Shown here: in pieces, positions 56,253 through 64,000 of the stretch | Numbering within the stretch: position 1 is the stretch's first letter | Layout: every line of letters starts with the position of its first letter | NCBI GenBank assembly: GCA_027021705.1 | Contig: JALUTT010000092.1 | Span: 53,031 to 117,030, forward strand | Source of the DNA: Anaerolineae bacterium | Lineage (GTDB): Bacteria > Chloroflexota > Anaerolineae > S140-20 | Length of the DNA: 64,000 bases | Reading direction: 5' to 3' | Translations under genes and position numbers: made by a program | The notes under the pieces: generated by a model | Told to the model about the DNA's origin: nothing | The model's input: the letters and a program-made list of their open reading frames with translations, nothing else | Database searches by the model: none

Positions 56253-59200
56253 ATGGGTATTCCCTGGCCGGCCAAATCCTACGCCCGTATTCCTGACATC
56301 CTGGACCTGCCTCGCCTGATTGAGGTCCAGCTCGACTCCTTCCGTTGGTTCCAGGAGGTGGGGTTGCGGGAGCTCTTCGATGAGATCTCCCCCATCGAGA
56401 GCTTCAACGGCAACCTGCGCCTTTACTTCCCCAGTAACCGACCCGAAAGCAAGGAGATGGAGCTGGACTACCATTTTGGAGAACCCAAACATACGGTGGA
56501 AGAGTGTCGGGAGCGGGATATGACCTACGCCGCTCCTCTTTACGTGAAGGTGCTCCTGGACAACCGGGAGACCGGCGAGAAGGTGGTGAGCGATGTCTTC
56601 ATGGGGGACTTCCCCCTGATGACCGATCAGGGCACTTTCATCATCAACGGCACCGAGCGGGTCGTGGTTAGCCAGTTGATCCGCTCGCCCGGGGTCTACT
56701 TCGACGTTGAGGAAGATCGGGCGACTGGTCGCCACCTGGCAACGGCCAAGCTCATCCCCGACCGGGGAGCTTGGATGGAGTTCGAGACCCGCAAGTCGGA
56801 CTACCTGACCATCAAGTTCAACCGGAAACGCACGATCCCGGTGACCATCTTCCTGCGGGCCCTGGCAGCCGTGGATGATGGGATGGACAGTGGTATCCTG
56901 GTGGAAGGGACCGACGAGGAGTTGCTGGCCCTCTTCGAGGGCGTGGACACCGACTCCGATCACCTCTACATCCCCACCACCCTGCGCCAGGAGCCGGCTT
57001 GGGACCCCCGGGATGGGCGGACCATCGCCGAGGAGGCGCTGCTGGAGTTCTACCGCCGGATGCGCCCCGGCGACCCTCCCACGCTGGACAATGCCCGCCA
57101 GTTCCTGGAGGGGCAGCTCTTCGACCCGCGCCGCTACGACCTGGAGCGGGTGGGGCGGTATAAGCTGAACCAGCGGCTGGGGCTCGCCATCCCCCTCTCC
57201 CGCCGGACCATCACCAAGCTCGACCTGGTCAAGCTGATCGAGCGGATGATCCGCATCAACAACGGGCTGGAGGAGCCCGACGACATTGACCACCTGGGCA
57301 ACCGGCGGGTCAAGACCGTCGGCGAACTGATCCAGAATAAGATGCGGGTCGGGCTGCGCCGGATGGAGCGGGTGGTCAAGGAGCGGATGAGTATCCGGGA
57401 GGCCGAGGGCCTCACGCCGGTGACGCTGATCAACATCCGACCGGTGGTGGCCGCCATTCGGGAGTTCTTCGGCTCCAGCCAGCTCTCCCAGTTTATGGAC
57501 CAGACCAACCCTCTGGCGGAGCTGACCCACAAGCGCACCCTCTCGGCGCTGGGGCCCGGAGGGCTGCGGCGGGAACGGGCCGGCTTCGACGTCCGGGACG
57601 TCCACCATTCCCACTATGGACGCATCTGCCCCATCGAGACGCCCGAGGGGCCCAACATCGGCCTGATCGGACGGCTGGCTACCTATGGCCGGGTCAATGA
57701 GCTGGGCTTCATCGAGACCCCCTACCGGCGGGTGATCCATAGCGTCCCCAGCACGGCGGTGGACCGTCTGGTGAACAAAACGCTGCGGGAGCCGGTAGTG
57801 GACCCGTCGAGTGGCGAGGTGGTGGCCGAGGCCGGAACCGTGGTGGATGAAGCCCTGGCCCAACGCATCGCCAGCCTTTCCCTCGAAGGGGAGATCCCTA
57901 TCGAGCCGGTGGTGACCCGGGAGATCGTCTACCTCACCGCCGACGAGGAGGACAAATACACCATCGCCCAGGCCAATGTCCGGTTGGATGAGCGGGGCCA
58001 ATTCCTGGATGAGATCGTCGCCGCCCGGCGGAGCCAGGAGTTCATCTTCGCCAGGCCCACCCACGTGGACTTCGTGGACGTGGCCCCCCGTCAGATCGTG
58101 GGCATCTCGGCGGCGCTCATCCCCTTTCTGGAGCACGATGACGCCAACCGGGCGCTGATGGGCTCGAACATGCAGCGGCAGGCCGTCCCCCTGATCCAGC
58201 CGGAAGCCCCGCTGGTGGCAACGGGGATGGAGTGGCCGGCGGCGGTGGACTCCGGCCAGGTCGTTCTGGCCGAGGAGGATGGTCAGGTCATCAGCGTCAC
58301 CAGCAGCCAGATCATCGTCCGAGGGGAGTCCGGCGACAAGGTTTACAAGCTCCAGAAGTTCCGCCGGTCTAACCAGAGCACCTGTATTGACCAGCGCCCC
58401 ATCGTGGTGAAAGGGCAGATGGTCAAGAAAGGGGACGTCCTGGCCGATAGCTCCTCCACCGACCACGGGATGCTGGCGCTGGGGCAGAATGTGCTGGTTG
58501 CCTTCCTCTCCTGGGAGGGAGGGAACTACGAGGACGCCATCCTCATCAGCGAGCGGGTCGTCCGGGAGGACCTCTTCACCTCTATCCACATTGAGAAGCA
58601 CGAGGTCCAGGCCCGGGACACCAAGTTGGGGCCGGAGGAGATCACCTACGACATTCCCAACGTAGGGCAGGAGGCCCTCAAGGACCTGGACGAGAACGGG
58701 ATCATCCGCGTGGGCGCGGAGGTGGGACCCAACGACATCCTGGTGGGCAAGATCACGCCCAAGGGCGAGAAGGAGCTAACGCCGGAGGAGAAGCTCCTGC
58801 GGGCCATCTTTGGTGAGAAAGCCCGCGAGGTGAAGGACACCAGCCTGCGCCTCCCCCACGGTGAGCGGGGCAAAGTGGTGGACGTGATCGTCTTCACCCG
58901 GGATGACCATCGGGACCTACCGGCCGGTGTGGAGAAAATGGTACGGGTGAGCGTTGCCCAGCGGCGTAAGATCACCGCCGGGGACAAGATGGCAGGACGC
59001 CACGGCAACAAGGGGGTGATCTCTATGGTCGTGCCCATCGAGGATATGCCTTTCCTGGAGGATGGCACGCCCGTGGACCTGATCCTGAACCCCCTGGGGG
59101 TGCCGGGGCGGATGAACATCGGGCAGATTCTGGAGACCCACCTGGGCTGGGCGGCCTCCCGGCTGGGCTTCCGGGCCATCACCCCTGTCTTCGACGGGGC

Positions 59201-60161
59201 CAAGGAGTCGGAGATCGAGGCCGAGTTGGCCCGGGCCTGGATGATTGATCGGGCCTGGTACGAGGCCAGGGAGCGAGCCTGGGCCTGGCTGAAGGAGCAG
59301 GAGTTCGACACGGAGATGCTGGAGGACGACGACGAGGCCCGCCTGCTCTACGTCCTGGCCTGGTTGGAGCCCCTGGGCTACGATCCCGACCGCCTCGTCT
59401 CCGATGAACGCTACGCTCGGCGGTCGGTGCTGCGAGAGTGGCTGCGCGAGAAGGGGTATGATCCCGACGCTCTCCTTGTCTTCGAGGATGATCCCCGCTC
59501 CTTCGCCGAGCGGGAGGTGGCGGACCGTCTGGCGAAGCTGGCCTGTCTGCGCCTCTGGATGGCCTACCGGGGCGTCGAGGATGTGGACAGCATCCCCGAT
59601 GAGGAGGTCGAGGCCCGGGCGGAGGCGGTCAGCAAGGAGTCGGGCTGGCCCCTGCCCACCGTGGGAAAGATGATCCTCTACGACGGCAAGACGGGTGAGC
59701 CCTACGATCAGCCGGTGACCGTCGGCGTGATCCAGATGATGAAGCTGGCCCACCTGGTGGAGGACAAGGTGCACGCCCGCTCGACCGGCCCGTACTCCCT
59801 GGTCACCCAGCAGCCCCTGGGCGGCAAGGCCCAGTTCGGTGGCCAGCGCTTCGGCGAGATGGAGGTGTGGGCGCTGGAGGCCTACGGCGCGGCTTACACC
59901 CTGCAGGAGATGCTGACGGTGAAGTCGGATGATGTGCAGGGGCGAGTGAAGACTTACGAGGCCATCGTCAAGGGCGAGCCCATCGAGGAGCCGGGAATCC
60001 CCGCCTCTTTCCGGGTCCTGGTCCGCGAGCTTCAGAGCCTGGGCCTGGAGGTAGAGGTGATCACCGACGGCGGGGAGATCCTGCGCTTTGGCAAGGAAGC
60101 GGAGCGCACCCGGCCCCCCAAACTGGGGTTGGGGTTGCTCTCCTTCGGAGGGGAAGGGTAA
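56253..60161 (+). CDS. rpoB: RNA polymerase beta subunit
   Basis: [43 protein letters not shown] 56253 downstream of tRNA-Arg. Confidence 0.98.
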   Translation: MGIPWPAKSYARIPDILDLPRLIEVQLDSFRWFQEVGLRELFDEISPIESFNGNLRLYFPSNRPESKEMELDYHFGEPKHTVEECRERDMTYAAPLYVKVLLDNRETGEKVVSDVFMGDFPLMTDQGTFIINGTERVVVSQLIRSPGVYFDVEEDRATGRHLATAKLIPDRGAWMEFETRKSDYLTIKFNRKRTIPVTIFLRALAAVDDGMDSGILVEGTDEELLALFEGVDTDSDHLYIPTTLRQEPAWDPRDGRTIAEEALLEFYRRMRPGDPPTLDNARQFLEGQLFDPRRYDLERVGRYKLNQRLGLAIPLSRRTITKLDLVKLIERMIRINNGLEEPDDIDHLGNRRVKTVGELIQNKMRVGLRRMERVVKERMSIREAEGLTPVTLINIRPVVAAIREFFGSSQLSQFMDQTNPLAELTHKRTLSALGPGGLRRERAGFDVRDVHHSHYGRICPIETPEGPNIGLIGRLATYGRVNELGFIETPYRRVIHSVPSTAVDRLVNKTLREPVVDPSSGEVVAEAGTVVDEALAQRIASLSLEGEIPIEPVVTREIVYLTADEEDKYTIAQANVRLDERGQFLDEIVAARRSQEFIFARPTHVDFVDVAPRQIVGISAALIPFLEHDDANRALMGSNMQRQAVPLIQPEAPLVATGMEWPAAVDSGQVVLAEEDGQVISVTSSQIIVRGESGDKVYKLQKFRRSNQSTCIDQRPIVVKGQMVKKGDVLADSSSTDHGMLALGQNVLVAFLSWEGGNYEDAILISERVVREDLFTSIHIEKHEVQARDTKLGPEEITYDIPNVGQEALKDLDENGIIRVGAEVGPNDILVGKITPKGEKELTPEEKLLRAIFGEKAREVKDTSLRLPHGERGKVVDVIVFTRDDHRDLPAGVEKMVRVSVAQRRKITAGDKMAGRHGNKGVISMVVPIEDMPFLEDGTPVDLILNPLGVPGRMNIGQILETHLGWAASRLGFRAITPVFDGAKESEIEAELARAWMIDRAWYEARERAWAWLKEQEFDTEMLEDDDEARLLYVLAWLEPLGYDPDRLVSDERYARRSVLREWLREKGYDPDALLVFEDDPRSFAEREVADRLAKLACLRLWMAYRGVEDVDSIPDEEVEARAEAVSKESGWPLPTVGKMILYDGKTGEPYDQPVTVGVIQMMKLAHLVEDKVHARSTGPYSLVTQQPLGGKAQFGGQRFGEMEVWALEAYGAAYTLQEMLTVKSDDVQGRVKTYEAIVKGEPIEEPGIPASFRVLVRELQSLGLEVEVITDGGEILRFGKEAERTRPPKLGLGLLSFGGEG

Positions 60162-60500
60162 GCGCTTCAGGGATGTCTAGCGGAATCAAGCCTTCCGTGG
60201 GGCAGGCTTTCGGGCCAGCCGGCGGTGGACGAGGATGGCTGCCTCACCGTGAGGCAGCCTATTTTTCCCCTTTTTCCCCTGATGTAAGCGAGCATCGGGA
60301 GCGAGGAGAAGGGGAGATCCCAAGTGGACTGTCTACCATCTTCATTACGGCCACCACAGCGGGTGTTCCTGCCCTTTGTCGCGACGGAGACATCTTCGTT
60401 GCAAAAGTGGTGCAGCAGATGAGGTTTGGGGGCGGGGATCCTTCTGGAAGGTGCGGGATTGTCCATCGGGGTCAATCTGGAGAAAAAGGGCGTAAAGTGG

Positions 60501-60529
60501 TTGACAATTTCGCGAATGTGTAGTAGAAT
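60501..60529 (+). promoter_or_regulatory. str operon promoter
   Basis: TTGACA-N17-TAGAAT. Confidence 0.85.
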
Positions 60530-60648
60530 GTCTTTTCGTGACTGGCGGCACCAGGGCAATTCGTCGCCAGCTATAGGGAACACGATGCGCGTGGAGGCCA
60601 TCAGTCGTTGGGATGGCCTCCTTCCTTGCCCTCAGAAGGGAGGGAGCG

Positions 60649-61065
<417 letters not shown>

Positions 61066-61129
61066 GCGTGAGGGGGAGTGAGGGCCTGGTTGCTCATCCC
61101 TTCGCTGGTGTGACGAGGTAGGGGAGACT

Positions 61130-61600
61130 ATGCCAAGACGGTATCGCCCACCCAAACGACAGGTTGAGCCCGACATCCGCTACAACAGCGTCTGGGTTGC
61201 CAAGTTTATCAACCGCGTGATGCGCGATGGCAAGAAGAGCATCGCAACCCGGATCGTCTACGATGCCTTCGACATCATCCAGGAGCGGACAAAGCGGGAC
61301 CCGCTGGAGGTCTTCGAGCAGGCGATGAAGAACACGATGCCGGTCCTCGAGGTAAAGCCCCGGCGGGTGGGTGGCTCGACCTATCAGGTGCCGGTGGAGG
61401 TGCCTCCGCACCGCCAGGTGAGCCTGGCGATGCGTTGGCTGGTGCAGGCCGCCCGGGCCCGCTCCGGCAAGTCTATGGCCGAGAAACTGGCCAATGAACT
61501 GATGGACGCGGCCCGGGGCCACGGAGCGGCTGTGAAGAAGCGAGAAGACACGCACAGAATGGCCGAAGCGAACCGCGCTTTTGCGCATTATCGGTGGTAA
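61130..61600 (+). CDS. rpsG: 30S ribosomal protein S7
   Basis: [24 protein letters not shown]. Confidence 0.98.
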   Translation: MPRRYRPPKRQVEPDIRYNSVWVAKFINRVMRDGKKSIATRIVYDAFDIIQERTKRDPLEVFEQAMKNTMPVLEVKPRRVGGSTYQVPVEVPPHRQVSLAMRWLVQAARARSGKSMAEKLANELMDAARGHGAAVKKREDTHRMAEANRAFAHYRW

Positions 61601-61707
61601 AGCGGGCAACTGGGTTGCTCAGTTGCCAGAATCGGCCCTTGAACCTGTAGAACAGCGGCCCGGTTGTCCCTTTACCCGGTTCTGAGAGACTGAGTGACCC
61701 AGTTGCC

Positions 61708-63786
61708 ATGGCGCGCGAATATCCTCTGGAACGCCTCCGAAACATCGGCATCATTGCGCACATTGATGCCGGCAAAACGACAACGACAGAGCGGATCCTC
61801 TTCTACACGGGCCGCACCCATCGGATGGGGACCGTTGACGAGGGGACAACGGTCACCGACTGGATGGCCCAGGAGCGCGAGCGGGGGATCACCATCACCG
61901 CCGCCTCCATCACCTGTTATTGGCGGGGCCATCAGATTAACATCATTGATACCCCTGGGCACATTGACTTCACGGCCGAAGTCCAGCGCAGCCTCCGTGT
62001 GCTGGATGGGGGCGTCGTCGTCTTCGATGCCGTCAATGGTGTAGAGCCCCAGTCGGAGACGGTTTGGCGCCAGGCCGATCGCTACCAGGTGCCCAGGATC
62101 TGCTTTGTTAACAAGATGGACCGCGTCGGGGCCGACTTCGTGCGGACCGTCGGGATGATCCGCGAGCGGCTTCACGCCAACCCTATCGCCATCCAATGGC
62201 CCGTTGGCGTGGAGGACGGCTTCCGGGGGGTCGTGGACCTTCTGGAGATGAAGGCCATCCTCTGGGTGGATGACCTGGGCAAGGAGCCCGTGGTCACCGA
62301 GATTCCCAAGGAGGTGCTGGAAGAGGCGCAGGAGGCTCGCGAGATCATCCTTGAGCGCATCATCGAGACCGATGATGCGCTTATGATGCGCTACCTTGAG
62401 GGGGAGGAAATCCCTGCCGAGGCGTTGCGACGGGCGCTCCGCCAGGCCACATTGGAAGGCAAGGCGACGCCCGTTCTTTGTGGGTCGGCTCTGCGGAACA
62501 AGGGTGTCCAGCCCCTCCTGGACGCCATCGTGGACTACCTGCCCTCGCCGGTAGACATCCCACCCATCACCGGTATCAACCCTTACACCCAACGAGAGGA
62601 AGTGCGTCCCGCCGATGAGGACGCACCCTTGGCTGCCCTGGTTTTCAAGATCGTGACCGATCCCTATGTAGGGCGGCTGGCCTACTTCCGTGTCTACTCC
62701 GGTCGCGTCAAGGCCGGCTCGATGGTCCTGAACTCGACCAAGGGCAAGAAGGAGCGGGTGGGACGGGTGCTGCGGATGTTCGCCGACCGGCGGGAAGACA
62801 TCCAGGAGGTCTACGCGGGCGACATCGGGGCGACCTTGGGGTTGAAGAACACCTTCACCGGAGAGACCCTTTGTGCCCCCCAGGCCCCCATCATCCTAGA
62901 GTCCATCACCTTCCCCGAGCCGGTGATCTCGGTGGCCATCGAGCCCAAGACCTCGGCGGATCAGGACAAGCTGTCCGACGCCCTGCGCCGGCTGGCCGAG
63001 GAGGACCCCACCTTCCAGGTGCGGATTGACGAGAACACCGGTCAGACCATCATCTCGGGGATGGGGGAGCTCCACCTGGAGGTGCTGGTGGACCGGATGC
63101 GGCGGGAGTTCGGAGTCCGCTGCAACGTGGGCCGGCCCCGCGTCGCCTACCGGGAGACCATTACCCGTCCCGTCCGGGCCGAAGGGCGCTTCGTCCGCCA
63201 GACGGGCGGGCGCGGTCAGTACGGCCACGTCTGGCTGGAGCTGGAGCCCTTGCCGCCGGGAAGCGGCTTCGTCTTCGAGAACCGCATTGTGGGCGGTGTC
63301 ATCCCCAAGGAGTTCATCCCGGCGGTGGAGAAGGGGATCCGGGAGGCGATGGAGAGCGGTGTCCTGGCCGGCTACCCTTTGGTGGACCTGAAGGCCGCGC
63401 TGGTGGATGGGAGCTACCACGAGGTGGACTCTTCGGAGATGGCCTTCAAGGTGGCTGCCTCGATGGCCCTCAAGGAAGGGGCGCAGAAGGCCGGGCCGGT
63501 GCTCCTGGAGCCGGTGATGAAGGTAGAGGTCGTGGTCCCTGAAGCCTATACAGGCGATGTCGTGGGCGACCTGAATGCCCGGCGGGCCCAGATCGAGCGG
63601 ATTGAACCCAGGGCTGGGGGCCTGCAAGCTATTGATGCCCTCGTCCCCCTGGCCGAGATGTTCGGCTATGCCACCGATTTGCGCTCGATGACCCGAGGTC
63701 GGGGCACCTTCACAATGGAGTTCGACCATTATGAGCCGGTCGAGCGGGATGTGGCGGAGCGCATCCTGCGAGGCGGACGGCTCTGA
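61708..63786 (+). CDS. fusA: Elongation factor G
   Basis: [26 protein letters not shown]. Confidence 0.98.
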   Translation: MAREYPLERLRNIGIIAHIDAGKTTTTERILFYTGRTHRMGTVDEGTTVTDWMAQERERGITITAASITCYWRGHQINIIDTPGHIDFTAEVQRSLRVLDGGVVVFDAVNGVEPQSETVWRQADRYQVPRICFVNKMDRVGADFVRTVGMIRERLHANPIAIQWPVGVEDGFRGVVDLLEMKAILWVDDLGKEPVVTEIPKEVLEEAQEAREIILERIIETDDALMMRYLEGEEIPAEALRRALRQATLEGKATPVLCGSALRNKGVQPLLDAIVDYLPSPVDIPPITGINPYTQREEVRPADEDAPLAALVFKIVTDPYVGRLAYFRVYSGRVKAGSMVLNSTKGKKERVGRVLRMFADRREDIQEVYAGDIGATLGLKNTFTGETLCAPQAPIILESITFPEPVISVAIEPKTSADQDKLSDALRRLAEEDPTFQVRIDENTGQTIISGMGELHLEVLVDRMRREFGVRCNVGRPRVAYRETITRPVRAEGRFVRQTGGRGQYGHVWLELEPLPPGSGFVFENRIVGGVIPKEFIPAVEKGIREAMESGVLAGYPLVDLKAALVDGSYHEVDSSEMAFKVAASMALKEGAQKAGPVLLEPVMKVEVVVPEAYTGDVVGDLNARRAQIERIEPRAGGLQAIDALVPLAEMFGYATDLRSMTRGRGTFTMEFDHYEPVERDVAERILRGGRL

Positions 63787-63793
63787 GCGTGAT

Positions 63794-63855
63794 ACGTAAC
63801 ACGTAACACGTAACACGTAACACGTAATACGTAACACGTAATACGTAAGACGTTA
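63794..63855. repeat. Heptamer tandem tract (ACGTAAY)n
   Basis: About 8-9 copies between fusA and tuf. Confidence 0.92.
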
Positions 63856-63873
63856 CCAGGGAGGAAGGAAACC

Positions 63874-64000
<127 letters not shown>

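Noticed and set aside
60167..60601. Small ORFs between rpoB and rpsL
   Set aside because: No motifs; they overlap the str promoter and hairpins

Overview
GC-rich bacterial chromosome segment; gene content suggests an anaerobic Chloroflexota (Anaerolineae-like) organism, which is inference only. 2.2-22.6 kb is a + strand Wood-Ljungdahl cluster: HMA-like protein, cooS, acsB, acsD, acsC, acsV/RACo, acsE, cooC, a 1536-aa HdrL-type hdrA, mvhD, metV, metF and a fused hdrCB. mvhD has an in-frame UGA at a conserved Cys position followed by a SECIS-like hairpin, so it is a selenoprotein the ORF track misses. The rest is mostly housekeeping: hpt x2, tdk, rpmE/rpmA/rplU, rsfS, panE, a T-box-controlled trpE-G-D-CF operon without trpBA, moeA, coaD, recG, fakA/degV x2, rpmB, rlmN, an archaeal-type SAM synthetase under a SAM-I riboswitch, three tRNAs, rpoB without rpoC, and rpsL-rpsG-fusA-tuf. 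Accessory genes are an ABC-ATPase/TOPRIM-like pair, DUF433/DUF5615 toxin-antitoxin genes, and an NB-ARC (NLR-like) protein whose near-identical helical repeats each carry a hypervariable 5-residue loop. Intergenic DNA is dense in small repeats: a MITE-like family with GGTGATTACCCA ends, 7-8 bp target duplications and variable cargo; a ~115 bp hairpin element; ACGGAT/ACGAAT inverted-repeat elements; and 7/8-mer tandem tracts that bracket the NLR gene and have entered trp coding sequences. No CRISPR array or transposase was found.
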